Positions 27,547 through 38,158 of a stretch of 64,000 bases of DNA are shown piece by piece. The position numbers and the translations under genes are program-made. The stretch's first letter is position 1. Each line of letters begins with the position of its first letter. Source of the DNA: Thermoproteota archaeon (GTDB lineage Archaea > Thermoproteota > Methanomethylicia > Methanomethylicales > Methanomethylicaceae); contig JASFYL010000002.1 in the NCBI GenBank assembly GCA_030055575.1, forward strand, positions 1,780 through 65,779, given 5' to 3'. The notes under the pieces are model-generated. The model saw only the letters and a list, made by a program, of their open reading frames with translations. It ran no database searches and had not been told where the DNA came from.

Positions 27547-28920
27547 ATGGGAATATTCAGGATGAACGAAAGGCAGAGGCTGCAGCTGATCAAGCAGATA
27601 GACTCTCTCAGGAAGGAGATTGAGGGGAGGCTGATCCCCCTCGATAGGATAAGCCCAGAGAACCCGGCAACGTTCATATCGGTGGGGGGAGGGGAGCTTG
27701 GCGACTTGGCGGTAACTGCCTCCGTGAGAAACTACGGCGGCGCGCGGGGCGGGATCGTATCGGTAGCATTCGACAAGTACCACGGCTTCCCCGCCCAGGA
27801 CACGGCAGACTACTCTGAGGTGTTCGACATGATGGACGGCGGGCGGTTGGAGGAGGCGATCAAGAGGTACGTGCCTGACCCGCGGGCGCCCCACGCAATA
27901 TACCTTGAGGTGGAGCGGATAGACACGCAAAGGGCGTACAAGCTCGGCATGGAGGAGGGGTATAGGATTATGTCCACCCCCTACGGACCGCTCGTCTGCA
28001 TGGACAGGCATGCCACAAAGCTCATGTTCGACAGGCTTGGGCTCAAGATGACACCCTGGGCATACGCAAGCTCCCAGAAGGGCGTGGAGGAGGCGGCGGA
28101 GGAGTTCGGTCTACCAGTCATCGTAAAGCCCGTGATGACCTCGAGCGGTCACGGCACATCCATAGCAAAGACCGAGAAGGAACTGAAGGAGAGCTATAGG
28201 CACTCGGTTGAGCATGCGAGGGGTGTAGGGGACGAGGTGATCGTCGAGAAGTATATGCCAGAGGTCAAGGATATAGGAACAGAGGTCACGCAGATCGTCG
28301 TCAGGCATTTCAATACCGAAGGTAGGATCGTCAGCACCTGTTTGCCGCCCATAGAGCACCGGAGGCCGGGCGCCACCTACCACGAGAGCTGGATGCCGGC
28401 AACGATCTCCAGCACGGCAGCCTCGAAGTGCAGGGACGGGGCGATGAAGATTGCAGACTTCATGGGGGGCATCGGGATCTACGCAGTGGAACAGTTCGTC
28501 ATAGGGGACGAAGTCTATAACAATGAGGTGGCGAACCGCCCGCACGACACAGGCCTCGTGACAAGGTGGATGCTGAACAAGGATGAGGGAGCCCTCCAGC
28601 TCGCCTCGACGCTTGGCATGCCCGTCAGCCCCTCCCAGGTGGACTTCTCCAGGCAAGGGGTCTACGGGGTCGCGCATGTCGTACTGGCTCCTGAAGGGAT
28701 CAAGGATGGCACATCGGTCCAAGAGTTCAGCCTCAGGGGGCTGCATGCCGAGATCCCTGAAGGGACCAGGTGGGATCTTTGGATCTTCGGCAAGCCCAAC
28801 GCCTACGCAGGCAGGAGGATGGGTCTCGCTTTCGCCTATGCCCCAGACCTGGAAAAGGCGAGGAAGGATGCTGAGGCTGTGGCTCACGCGGCAGAGAAGC
28901 GCTTCGTGTACAAGGGATGA
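27547..28920 (+). CDS. purT: Formate-dependent phosphoribosylglycinamide formyltransferase (PurT-like ATP-grasp)
   Basis: [13 protein letters not shown] matches PurT KPVMSSSGKGQ. Also ESWMP, RPHDTG and FGKP...RRMG blocks. About 30-40 extra N-terminal residues. Confidence 0.8.
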   Translation: MGIFRMNERQRLQLIKQIDSLRKEIEGRLIPLDRISPENPATFISVGGGELGDLAVTASVRNYGGARGGIVSVAFDKYHGFPAQDTADYSEVFDMMDGGRLEEAIKRYVPDPRAPHAIYLEVERIDTQRAYKLGMEEGYRIMSTPYGPLVCMDRHATKLMFDRLGLKMTPWAYASSQKGVEEAAEEFGLPVIVKPVMTSSGHGTSIAKTEKELKESYRHSVEHARGVGDEVIVEKYMPEVKDIGTEVTQIVVRHFNTEGRIVSTCLPPIEHRRPGATYHESWMPATISSTAASKCRDGAMKIADFMGGIGIYAVEQFVIGDEVYNNEVANRPHDTGLVTRWMLNKDEGALQLASTLGMPVSPSQVDFSRQGVYGVAHVVLAPEGIKDGTSVQEFSLRGLHAEIPEGTRWDLWIFGKPNAYAGRRMGLAFAYAPDLEKARKDAEAVAHAAEKRFVYKG

Positions 28921-28927
28921 TTTCCGG

Positions 28928-29362
28928 ATGCCTAAGGTTTCAGTGGTAATCGGATCAAAGTCTGACTCTGAGCTGGGGGAGAAGATAGTAGAAAGCCTCA
29001 AGGAGCACGGTGTCGAAGCGGACTTCCAGACGATATCCGCCCACCGGGATCCCGACAGGCTCGACAGGTACGTGCGGGAATCGGATGCCGAGGTATTCAT
29101 CGCTGTGGCTGGGCTCTCCGCCGCACTCCCTGGAGTCATCGCCTCCAAGACGACCAGACCTGTCATCGGTGTACCGAAGGAGGTAAAGCTGGGTGGGCTC
29201 GATGCACTCCTCTCCATCGTCCAGATGCCCCCTGGAGTGCCAGTGGCGACGGTTGGGATCGACAACTGGAAGAACGCTGCGATCCTGGCTTTGGAGATCC
29301 TGGCGCTCAAATACCCCGAACTTGGGGGGAAGTTAAGCGCGGCAAGGGGGAAGGGCGCTTGA
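28928..29362 (+). CDS. purE: N5-carboxyaminoimidazole ribonucleotide mutase / AIR carboxylase catalytic subunit
   Basis: [16 protein letters not shown]-terminus and [10 protein letters not shown] motif. Start taken at the internal ATG (28928) of the longer ORF that overlaps purT. Confidence 0.9.
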   Translation: MPKVSVVIGSKSDSELGEKIVESLKEHGVEADFQTISAHRDPDRLDRYVRESDAEVFIAVAGLSAALPGVIASKTTRPVIGVPKEVKLGGLDALLSIVQMPPGVPVATVGIDNWKNAAILALEILALKYPELGGKLSAARGKGA

Positions 29363-29622
29363 TCTTCACCGTCAAAGCAGAGGTGAGCCTCAAGAGGGGG
29401 CACTTCGATCCAGAGGGAGATGTTGCAGCAAAGGCCCTCAGGGACCTCGGTTTCGGGGTAGCCTCCGTCAGGGTCGGCAAGACGTACACGATAAAGGTGG
29501 AGGCAGCGGACGCCTCGGAGGCGGAGGCTGCTGCAAAGGAGATGTGCAGGAGGCTGCTGTCGAATCCCACGAAGGACGACTTCAAGGTGGAGGTCCTAGG
29601 CTTTGAAGGAAGGTCTGGTTAG
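29359..29622 (+). CDS. purS: Phosphoribosylformylglycinamidine synthase subunit PurS
   Basis: 87 aa, [12 protein letters not shown] motif. TTG start overlaps the purE TGA stop. Confidence 0.85.
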   Translation: MIFTVKAEVSLKRGHFDPEGDVAAKALRDLGFGVASVRVGKTYTIKVEAADASEAEAAAKEMCRRLLSNPTKDDFKVEVLGFEGRSG

Positions 29623-31954
29623 GAGCATATGCAAGGATCCGCCGATACTCGCAGCCGATTTGAGGGAGGCGGCGGATAAGGACCTTGTCGAGATAAGCAG
29701 CGCAATGGGTCTGGCGCTGAGCCTCCAGGAGATGAAGGCAATCCAAGGGCACTTCGGGAGACCCCTCACGGATGTGGAGCTCCAGACCTTCGGGCAGACA
29801 TGGTCCGAGCATTGCATCCACAAGACCTTCAGGGGGGAAATCCAGACCGAGGGAGGGGTAGTGAATAGCCTCCTCAAGAGCTACATCGCTAGGGCAACCA
29901 TGGAGCTCTCAAAGCCCTGGTGCTTCTCTGTCTTCGAAGACAACGCCGGTCTGGTCGAATTCGATGAAGGTCATGTGATCGCCGCTAAGGTCGAGACCCA
30001 CAATCACCCCTCGGCGATAGAGCCTTTTGGGGGGGCGGCGACCGGTGTGGGCGGCGTCATAAGGGACATACTCGGGGTGTGGGGGGAGCCTATCGCACTC
30101 TCGGATGTCCTCTGCTTCGGCCCGCTCGACATTGACTACTCGGAGCTGGCTCCTGGGATCAAGCACCCGAGGTACATCTTCAATGGTGTGGTTGCGGGTG
30201 TGGGGAACTACGGGAACAACATGGGCATCCCGAACGTCTCTGGGGCAGTACTCTTTGACCGGAACTACGCCGGCAATGTGGTAGTGTACTGTGGTTGCTT
30301 CGGTATATTACCGAAATCTGGCTATGTGAAGGATACCAAGGATGGCGACCTCGCCATACTGGTCGGGGGGAGGACGGGCAGGGATGGGATACACGGGGTT
30401 ACATTCGCCTCTACCGATCTGCCGGAGGAGTCTGAGGGGCTAAGGTCTGCGGTCCAAATACCGAACCCGCTCGTCGAGGAGAGGCTCAGGAGGGCTGTTA
30501 TCAGGATCAGGGACGAGGGGCTGGCGACTGGAATCACCGACCTCGGAGGGGGCGGAATCTCTTGCGCCACTGGCGAGATGGCAAACAGATCCAAGTTAGG
30601 TCTCACGGTCGAGCTGGACGCTGTCATACTCAAGGAGCCGGACCTCGCGCCTTGGGAGATATGGGTATCGGAGAGCCAAGAGAGGATGCTCTTGTCAGCA
30701 CCAGAGAGGAACCTCGGCAGGATCACCGAGATCTTCAGGGAGGAGGAGCTCGAGTCGTGCGTGCTGGGCAGGTTCAACAAGACCGGGAGGATCAGGGCCT
30801 GCTTCAAGGGGGCAACGGTCTGTGACCTTGACCTTGATTTCCTGTACAACCCGCCCAGAACTACAAGGAGGGCTTCGAGGGCATCTGCCGTCCGCAAGCC
30901 GCTCATTCTTGAGAAGCCGAAGGACCTCAAGGTGGAGCTCCTCAGGGTGCTCTCCGACCCGAACATCAGGAGCAGGGAGGAGATCGTTAGGACCTATGAC
31001 CACGAGGTCAGGGGCGTCACTGTGGTCAAGCCGCTCCAAGGCTTCGAGGGCGGGCACAACGACGCTGCAGTACTGAAGCCGCTCAGGGGCTCATGGATGG
31101 GCGTTGTCATATCTTGCGGGATAACGCCCTTCTATCCTGACCCGTACTGGATGGCGGGGTGCTCCCTAGAGGAGGCGCTCAGGAACAACGTCGCTGTCGG
31201 TGGCAGGAGGATAGCCATACTCGACAACTTCGTCTGGGGGAACCCGGAGAAGGAGGATCGCATGGGATCTCTACTAAGGGCATGCGAGGCGTGCTACCAC
31301 TTCGCGAAGGCATTCGAGACGCCTTTCATCTCCGGTAAGGACTCGCTCTACAATGAGAGCCCGATGGGACCGGTGAGACCGACGCTCCTCATAACCGGGG
31401 TAGGGATCATTCCAGATGTGAGGAGGGCTGTCACTATGGAACTGAAGAGGGCGGAAGACCCAGTTTATCTGATAGGGGTCACCAAGGAGGAGTTGTGTGG
31501 TTCGGCTTACCTGAGAGTGAAGGGAGTTGAAGGGGGGGCATGGCCCGAAGTGGATGCCGCCTCCTCAAAGAGCCTGATGGATGCCCTGACCAAAGCCATC
31601 GATGCCGGCCATGTTGCAGCCTGCCACGATCTCTCGGAGGGCGGGGCAGGGGTGGCAGCAGCTGAGATGGTACTAGGGTCCTGTCTGGGGATGGAGCTTG
31701 ACTTCCGGCAGATGATCCATGAGACTACAAGGAGTGATTTCGTGCTCTTCTCGGAGTCCCAAGGAAGATTCCTTGTCGAGGTTAGGGAGGACCAGGAGGA
31801 GGAGTTCAAGAAAGTGTTTAAGGGGCTTCCTGCCCGGCGGATGGGGCGCGTCTTGGGTGAGAGGAAGCTGGAAATTACAGACCTGGAGGGAGGAAAGATC
31901 TCGGTCGATTTGGAGGAGCTCGCCTATGCCTGGAGGGGGATATCGTGGAATTGA
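29603..31954 (+). CDS. purL: Phosphoribosylformylglycinamidine synthase II
   Basis: WSEHCIHKTF and ETHNHPSAIEPF motifs, duplicated AIR-synthase-like domains. TTG start is tentative. Confidence 0.9.
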   Translation: MKEGLVRSICKDPPILAADLREAADKDLVEISSAMGLALSLQEMKAIQGHFGRPLTDVELQTFGQTWSEHCIHKTFRGEIQTEGGVVNSLLKSYIARATMELSKPWCFSVFEDNAGLVEFDEGHVIAAKVETHNHPSAIEPFGGAATGVGGVIRDILGVWGEPIALSDVLCFGPLDIDYSELAPGIKHPRYIFNGVVAGVGNYGNNMGIPNVSGAVLFDRNYAGNVVVYCGCFGILPKSGYVKDTKDGDLAILVGGRTGRDGIHGVTFASTDLPEESEGLRSAVQIPNPLVEERLRRAVIRIRDEGLATGITDLGGGGISCATGEMANRSKLGLTVELDAVILKEPDLAPWEIWVSESQERMLLSAPERNLGRITEIFREEELESCVLGRFNKTGRIRACFKGATVCDLDLDFLYNPPRTTRRASRASAVRKPLILEKPKDLKVELLRVLSDPNIRSREEIVRTYDHEVRGVTVVKPLQGFEGGHNDAAVLKPLRGSWMGVVISCGITPFYPDPYWMAGCSLEEALRNNVAVGGRRIAILDNFVWGNPEKEDRMGSLLRACEACYHFAKAFETPFISGKDSLYNESPMGPVRPTLLITGVGIIPDVRRAVTMELKRAEDPVYLIGVTKEELCGSAYLRVKGVEGGAWPEVDAASSKSLMDALTKAIDAGHVAACHDLSEGGAGVAAAEMVLGSCLGMELDFRQMIHETTRSDFVLFSESQGRFLVEVREDQEEEFKKVFKGLPARRMGRVLGERKLEITDLEGGKISVDLEELAYAWRGISWN

Positions 31955-32739
31955 AGAGGGCGAGGGCTTGTGTGCTCAGGGTCGGGGGGACGAACTGCGA
32001 TGAGGAGATCAAGGTCGCGCTGGAGGAGCTTGGGCTCAGGACGGATGTCGTCCATATGGACTGGCTTGAAAAGGGAGATGTGCACAAGTACCAGCTCCTA
32101 GTCTTCCCAGGAGGGTTCTCTTACGGCGACTATGTGAGGGCCGGGGCGGTCTGGGGTAAGCGGGTAGTCTCCAAGATAAGGCGCGACCTTGAGAGGTTCA
32201 TTGAGAGCGGCAGGCTCGTCATGGGCATATGCAACGGATTCCAAGTGCTGGTCGAGAGCGGGGCACTCCCAGGCGGGGACGGCGCGTTCTCCGAGACGCC
32301 CAAGGCAGTCCTTGCGAACAACAGCTCCGCCCGGTACGAGTGCAGGTGGACTTACCTGAGGTGCGAGAACGGTTCGACCCCATTTACCAGCAAGATCCCA
32401 GTAGGGGAGGTCCTGAAGATCCCGGTCGGGCACGGCGAGGGGCGCTTCATAGTGGAGTCAGAAGAGCTGTTGCGCGAACTGATCAAAGAGAACAGGGTGA
32501 CCTTCAGATATGCACTCCCCTCCGGGAAGGCTGCAGAAGGGGCATACCCATTCAACCCAAACGGCTCTGAGTACGACATTGCCGCGATCTGCAACAAGGA
32601 GGGGAATGTGATGGGGATGATGCCCCATCCTGAGAGGGCTTTCTTCGGTTGGCAGGCAGTCGGGTACGGCGGACCGGAGGGGGCTGGCGACGGCAGGAGG
32701 ATCTTTGAGAGTATTATTGAGCACATAGAAGGGCTCTGA
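31945..32739 (+). CDS. purQ: Phosphoribosylformylglycinamidine synthase I (glutaminase)
   Basis: FPGGFSYGDY, nucleophile GICNGFQ, HPER. Overlaps the purL stop. Confidence 0.9.
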   Translation: MELKRARACVLRVGGTNCDEEIKVALEELGLRTDVVHMDWLEKGDVHKYQLLVFPGGFSYGDYVRAGAVWGKRVVSKIRRDLERFIESGRLVMGICNGFQVLVESGALPGGDGAFSETPKAVLANNSSARYECRWTYLRCENGSTPFTSKIPVGEVLKIPVGHGEGRFIVESEELLRELIKENRVTFRYALPSGKAAEGAYPFNPNGSEYDIAAICNKEGNVMGMMPHPERAFFGWQAVGYGGPEGAGDGRRIFESIIEHIEGL

Positions 32740-32864
32740 CCCCCCCCCTTCTCTTCTCTGCTCGAGCCGCTGGCATTCCTGAACCAAAGGCTTTTGTCTG
32801 TTTCCTGCTCACGGGCGCAATGTTCGGCGAAACATACTTAGGTGGTTTAGGCATACTTCGGCAC

Positions 32865-33266
32865 CTAATCCCCTCCGCTTTCCGAGTAAATGTCAGGCTT
32901 TGGGTCCTCGGAGAGGTGGTTCGATACGATCTCCTCGAGCAACCTCAATGGCTTCACCCCTACTATCCTAGCCACCCTCTTCCCTTTCCTGAAGAGCAGA
33001 ACCGTGGGAACGGAGAGCACTCCCATGGATCCAGCTACAGAGCTCGTGCCGACATTCACCCTACCAAAGGAGACATCCCGACGGACTTTGGAAAGCTCGT
33101 CGAATACCAAGAGCATCATCCTGCACGGCATGCAGCTTCCGCTCCAGAAGATCACAGCTGCATACCTTGACCCCCTCACGAAGGGGTTGAAATTTTCATC
33201 GTTCAGGTCGATCACATGAGAGGTCACTGCACCATCTTCCGAAAACTCATTTTCATTGAAACTCAA
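32865..33266 (-). CDS. Thioredoxin-fold protein with CMPC active site
   Basis: WSGSCMPC at the CxxC position and the cis-Pro region VPTVLLF. Confidence 0.7.
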   Translation of the reverse strand: MSFNENEFSEDGAVTSHVIDLNDENFNPFVRGSRYAAVIFWSGSCMPCRMMLLVFDELSKVRRDVSFGRVNVGTSSVAGSMGVLSVPTVLLFRKGKRVARIVGVKPLRLLEEIVSNHLSEDPKPDIYSESGGD

Positions 33267-34182
33267 TACATGGGAACCTCCTGTCGAGATCCTTAGTCAT
33301 CCTCCTGATCTTGTTCAGGACCGAATAAACAAGCGGAACTATCATTAAGGAAAGAATTCCTGCCGCCAGATTCGGGCCAAAGAGTATCGATGATGATGAA
33401 AGAGAGTTGTATGTAGCGTGGAGGGCGATTGCTGCCCCCAAGTACGGCATTGCATTGAGCAGAGTCGCTCTCCCTCCGCTCAAGCCAGTCACTACCCACT
33501 TCGAGAGTCCTAGACCAGAAACTGCTGTTGCCGATGCGTGGAGGAAGGACGAGAGGGCAGAACGGAAGGCGACCAAGGCAAGACCAGAGAGCAGTCCTCC
33601 GTAGAGGAGTTCCTCCCACCCATAGATGATATTCTCGGTGAGCGCGAACCCAAATCCCGTTGCCATGCCGTACACTAAACCGTCCTCAAGTTCCCTTATC
33701 TTCCCCTTCATCAAGCCCAGACCGATTAGCTTGGCTGGCTCTTCCACGAGCGGTGCAACTAGAACGACGGAGATCAGTAGCCCCAGGTCGGCTTCCATCT
33801 CCATGGGCACAGGAATCACTATCCGGAAGAGACCATAGAAGAGCGTGTTGAAAACGGTAGACATCATTATTGCAAGGAGTACCGAAAAGGTGCCCCCGAT
33901 CGCGAGTGCCTTATATAGATCCTTGAGGGATTCCCTCCTGCACACCTCCCAGCCTCTCACCCATACCAAGTACAAGACCGGCGGCACCATAGACGCGCCG
34001 CCGACCAATGCGAGGGACAGGATCTCTGACACAAGCATCCCTCTTTGAAAGCGCGGATAAGTAGTTTGCGCAGCCGACAGGTCAGAAATGGGTGTAACGA
34101 CAGTGCCAGAATTTTTTTCAATAAGTGTAAGACAACCACTCCAATCGAAATGGGATCCAACGCGCCCCAAGTTCCGTTTCAT
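33253..34182 (-). CDS. PrsW-family intramembrane protease-like protein
   Basis: Polytopic protein with LVEEPAKLIGL (EExxK) and a downstream HASATAV/HATYN His pair. The start could instead be the internal MLVSEIL. Confidence 0.65.
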   Translation of the reverse strand: MKRNLGRVGSHFDWSGCLTLIEKNSGTVVTPISDLSAAQTTYPRFQRGMLVSEILSLALVGGASMVPPVLYLVWVRGWEVCRRESLKDLYKALAIGGTFSVLLAIMMSTVFNTLFYGLFRIVIPVPMEMEADLGLLISVVLVAPLVEEPAKLIGLGLMKGKIRELEDGLVYGMATGFGFALTENIIYGWEELLYGGLLSGLALVAFRSALSSFLHASATAVSGLGLSKWVVTGLSGGRATLLNAMPYLGAAIALHATYNSLSSSSILFGPNLAAGILSLMIVPLVYSVLNKIRRMTKDLDRRFPCIEFQ

Positions 34183-34533
34183 TAACTATGCCCACAACTT
34201 TGCTCTTTCTTTCATGTGAGGGATACTGACGGGGGGACGGTTCCATAATTCTGCCTGCTATCCCACTGTGGGCGGATGCAGTAGTTGTAGTCGGATTCTG
34301 GGAGGCGAATCTAGGCAATACCTTAGCCTTCCCCCGTTTTTGTATGTTGCATTGTGTATTAATCACGCGATTGTAGGCATATCCAAATGGGAATCTAGCG
34401 TTAACGGGACTTGACAAAAGCCGCGCCTGTATCCCACAACTCAGGCGGTAGCCATAAATGAGGCGCTTGGAAGCGACAAAATGCTGTTGGGGGAAACCCT
34501 CCATCTTGCTACGAAGGGTTACCCACAAATAAA

Positions 34534-35754
34534 CTAAGCCAAATGAGCCCTGATGGTATTGCCTAGCCTCCTGGTACCCTCAGAGATCTGCTCCATGGTA
34601 GGATAAGTGTAATTCAACCTCATTGTGTTCTTGCCTCTCCCGCTGGGGTGGAAAGATCCCCCCGGAACATAGGCTACGCCGTTTGCTAATGCCTCGGGCA
34701 GCATCTTCTGGGTGTCGTAAACCTCAGGCAAAGTCACCCAAATGAACATTCCACCGGTCGGGCGAGTCCACTCCGCTCCTCCAGGCATGTTTTCAGACAG
34801 GGCATTCAGCATTGCCTCCCGCTTGTTTTTGTAAGCCGGCTTTAGCTTGGCTATATAGCTTCCCAGGTATCCCCTGGCCATGAACTGGTAGGCTATGTGC
34901 TGCGAGAGCGTGTTGGTGCACAGGTCGAGCGCCTGCTTAAGCGTCGCGAACTTTGATGTGAGCATCTCAGGCGCGGCGATCCAGCCCAGCCTCAGACCCG
35001 GCGCCAGGATCTTGGAGAAGGTGCTAGTGTAGATCACGCGATCGTTGTCAAGAGCCTTGATAGCAGGAGGCGTCTTGCTGTCAGACAGGTAGCTGTAGGG
35101 ATCGTCCTCCATGATGAGGAAGCCGTATTCGTGAGCGAGATCTACTAATTCCTTCCGCCTAGCCTCGGTCATGGTAAGTCCGCTGGGGTTTTGACATGTT
35201 GGGATCGTGTAGATGAACTTTATTTTCGAATTCGACTCTGATGCTGGAGCCGAGCGGGATCTCCTGCCCTCGAGGATTCTCCTGAGGGCATCAGTGTCCA
35301 GACCTTCCGAGTCCATCGGCGCCAAGAGCAAGCGTGGCCAGTATGGCCTAAAGGCCATTAATGCAGTGAGATATGTTGGCTCCTCCAGTATTATTGTGTC
35401 CCCGGGATCGATGAACGCCCTCCCGAAGAGGTCGAGCGCCTGCTGCGAGCCGGTAGTTAGCATGATCTCGTCGGGAGAGGATATGCACATCCCCTCGGAG
35501 TTCATGAAACGGAGGAGCTCCTTCCTCAGTTTCTCATATCCCTCTGTTGTCTCGTACTGGAGGGCAACATCAGGGCACTCCCTTAAAACATCGTTAACGA
35601 TCTGCCTGATCTCCTCGACTGGGAAAAGCTTTGGGTCAGGCATTCCCCCTCCGAACGAGATTAGGTCGTTCGTCTTTATGGCTTTAAGTATCTCCCTGAT
35701 TTCGCTGGCCTTCGCTTCTAAGGCCAATTTTGAGAGTAAGCCATCAGTCGCCAT
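34534..35754 (-). CDS. PLP-dependent aminotransferase, class I/II (2-aminoadipate/aromatic aminotransferase-like)
   Basis: 406 aa, Schiff-base lysine region TFSKILAPGLRLGW, C-terminal R in GRGKNTMRLNY. Confidence 0.85.
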   Translation of the reverse strand: MATDGLLSKLALEAKASEIREILKAIKTNDLISFGGGMPDPKLFPVEEIRQIVNDVLRECPDVALQYETTEGYEKLRKELLRFMNSEGMCISSPDEIMLTTGSQQALDLFGRAFIDPGDTIILEEPTYLTALMAFRPYWPRLLLAPMDSEGLDTDALRRILEGRRSRSAPASESNSKIKFIYTIPTCQNPSGLTMTEARRKELVDLAHEYGFLIMEDDPYSYLSDSKTPPAIKALDNDRVIYTSTFSKILAPGLRLGWIAAPEMLTSKFATLKQALDLCTNTLSQHIAYQFMARGYLGSYIAKLKPAYKNKREAMLNALSENMPGGAEWTRPTGGMFIWVTLPEVYDTQKMLPEALANGVAYVPGGSFHPSGRGKNTMRLNYTYPTMEQISEGTRRLGNTIRAHLA

Positions 35755-35934
35755 CGGTCATCAACCTAACACATGTGGATTGTAATAAAGCACATCACGG
35801 GTATAAAAAGAGTTTGTTTCCACAGCAGCATCGGCTGATAGGTTTGGTTTTTGAACAAAAAAAATGAAAAAGATCCTGATACCGCCATGTATCTTCCCAT
35901 ACTTAGGGAAGACGATCCCTCTAATTGACTATGG

Positions 35935-37401
35935 ATGGTGGCGGGTCTCTTTCCATTAACGGGATGCGCGAAAGCCACTCAATCACACAAAGGCGCAGAG
36001 CATTCCCAAGATCTTGGAGGATTCCCGCCGACAGGGTTAAATCCAGAGAAAGAGACTCATGAGAAAGGTTTGGTCGAATTGGACTCTCAGCAGATAATCT
36101 CCTTCATAATTCTCGCAGCCACGATCGGTATCATAGTCTGGGGGAAGATAGACAGATCCGTGGTTGCCATCTTTGGTGCCATCTGCATGATCATGACAGG
36201 TTGCCTCACAGAGGTCGAGGCATTCCACTCGGTTGACTGGAATGTCATAACATTAATGGTCAGCTTCTGGATACTAGCAGGATATTTTGGGAAGAGCGGC
36301 ATCCCTGAAGTATTGGCAACACGCGCAGTCTCTGCCTCCGGGGGCGACATAAGCAAGTTCATTGTCATAATCGGTGCCCTTTCAGGCGTGCTCTCCCTCT
36401 TCGTCGACAACATCCTTGTCATACTGATCATGGCGCCCGTGGCGCTGCACATAACGAAGATGCTAAAGATAAACCCAGTACCGTTCCTCGTGTTCATCGG
36501 TCTGTGCGCCAACTTCACCGGATCGGCCCTCCTGATAGGGGACCTTCCGCCACAGATGCTACACAGTGTCTCGGGAATCGAGTTCCTCGGATTCATCTGG
36601 AAGGATGGCAGACCATCCTCTTTCATTATTCTGATGATCACATTTGCTGTCGTGTTGCATTATTTCAAATATGAGTTCTCTAAGAGTTTCAAAAACAAGG
36701 TGGAGGTCGCGAAGGTCTTCGCGCTGATAGACCCCAAGGAAGGTCGGAAGATAAAGGACGGGAGGGTCGCAGCCATAGTCGTATGCAGCTTCAGCGGAAC
36801 CATACTCGCCCTCTCGCTGAGGGAGTACATTGGCCTCGAGCTCGGGATTATAGCAGCCACAGGAGCGTCCTTGACAGTCCTCGTGATGGAGACGTACGGA
36901 AGGAAGTTGGAGCGCCCATCATTCGAGGAGGTCCTCACTTCCCTAGATTGGAGGTCAATCTTATTCTATGTCTCCCTGTTCGTACTTGTGGGAGGGATAA
37001 ACAGCCAAGGTTTGATCGAGATGGCGGCTAATTCGCTAGTCCCCCTCTTCTCTTCGAACACTCCATTGGGCGTGACCTCGCTCTACTGGGTGACCGTACC
37101 GATAGTCGGCTTCCTCGAGCATGACGCATACATTCTCGCCCTTCTCTATATGGTAAAGGACTTCAGCATGCAGTCAGGGGTATCCCCATGGCCCTACTGG
37201 TGGGCGATACTTTGGGCTGGGACGCTTGGATCCAACCTCTCTGTGGCAGGAGCCCCAGCGCTTTTGGCAGCCTTCAATCTGTGCGAGAACGAAGGGTGCA
37301 AGGTCTCGGTAAGAGAGTTCATGAGGTACAGCCTGCCTTTCGTATTGATATCGGTGCTCGTTTGCTATGCCCTTCTAATGGTATTCTGGGTCTTGTCTTA
37401 A
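35935..37401 (+). CDS. ArsB/NhaD-superfamily anion permease (CitMHS-like)
   Basis: Polytopic membrane protein with internally duplicated halves. The first ~45 codons are non-hydrophobic, so the real start may be a TTG near 36070. Confidence 0.65.
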   Translation: MVAGLFPLTGCAKATQSHKGAEHSQDLGGFPPTGLNPEKETHEKGLVELDSQQIISFIILAATIGIIVWGKIDRSVVAIFGAICMIMTGCLTEVEAFHSVDWNVITLMVSFWILAGYFGKSGIPEVLATRAVSASGGDISKFIVIIGALSGVLSLFVDNILVILIMAPVALHITKMLKINPVPFLVFIGLCANFTGSALLIGDLPPQMLHSVSGIEFLGFIWKDGRPSSFIILMITFAVVLHYFKYEFSKSFKNKVEVAKVFALIDPKEGRKIKDGRVAAIVVCSFSGTILALSLREYIGLELGIIAATGASLTVLVMETYGRKLERPSFEEVLTSLDWRSILFYVSLFVLVGGINSQGLIEMAANSLVPLFSSNTPLGVTSLYWVTVPIVGFLEHDAYILALLYMVKDFSMQSGVSPWPYWWAILWAGTLGSNLSVAGAPALLAAFNLCENEGCKVSVREFMRYSLPFVLISVLVCYALLMVFWVLS

Positions 37402-37486
37402 AAATCAAAGAAGGCAGCGAAGATGCGATAGAAAAGACTTGTATGTGGAATGCCGTTGCGGCATACAGTTCTATTCAGTAATGAGC

Positions 37487-38158
37487 TTATTGTGTTGGCT
37501 CTGAGGTTTTACTGGGGGGGCACTTTGGGGCCCTCACGCCGACCCTATTGCCCGTCACCATATAGATGGTCTCGGCAGAGATGTAGCACCCGTGGTCTGC
37601 CATGCGTTCGATTATCCTCGCCATCAATCCGTTTAGGAGTGCGCACCCCGCGCCCTCATTGGCTTCCTTGCACCTAAAGAGGGTCTGTCTGTATCCAGAG
37701 TCCACTAGGTTGTCCCTCGCCATCACAGACTCTGCTTTTAACGGATCCCTTGAGAGGTAAGAATCGACGCTGTCCCTGATCATCTCCCAGCCCAATTCCA
37801 AGAGCTGCATTACCTCAGGGAAGCACGCAGTACCAGAATCAACATCTGTGAGAACCTGGACTATGTTTGTAAGGTACCTAGAAACCCTTGCAAGGTCGTA
37901 GGAGACGCGCATTGCAGAGGTGACTGCTCTGAGGTCGCCCGCGAAAGGCTGGTGCCTTATCAGAGCCTCCACGCAGCTGTCAATGATCTCCTCCTCGCGA
38001 GCGACCACAGCCCGCCCCTTCTTACACAAAGCTTGGGCTAATTCCGGTTTCTGCTCCTTCAGAAAAGAGAGCAGATCCCCGTACATTTCAGATGTCATTC
38101 GGTACATATCGGATATTCCATCATTTATCTCCTTAAGATACTCTGCCTGTTCCATCAT
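37487..38158 (-). CDS. phoU: Phosphate transport system regulator PhoU
   Basis: 223 aa, two PhoU repeats. Overlaps the pstB stop by 4 nt. Confidence 0.85.
   Translation of the reverse strand: MMEQAEYLKEINDGISDMYRMTSEMYGDLLSFLKEQKPELAQALCKKGRAVVAREEEIIDSCVEALIRHQPFAGDLRAVTSAMRVSYDLARVSRYLTNIVQVLTDVDSGTACFPEVMQLLELGWEMIRDSVDSYLSRDPLKAESVMARDNLVDSGYRQTLFRCKEANEGAGCALLNGLMARIIERMADHGCYISAETIYMVTGNRVGVRAPKCPPSKTSEPTQ

Noticed and set aside
28111-29403. A 430-aa minus-strand ORF.
   Set aside because: It is antisense to purT and purE, both of which have clear family motifs. The translation is Pro/Arg/Gly-rich and non-protein-like. Long antisense frames are expected opposite GC3-rich genes.
34118-34528. 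A 136-aa ORF in the gap between the PrsW-like gene and the aminotransferase gene.
   Set aside because: It overlaps the PrsW-like ORF, has no ribosome-binding site or motif, and has odd composition. The 350-nt gap is left unannotated. I also looked for RNase P-like CR-I/CR-V motifs there and could not match them.
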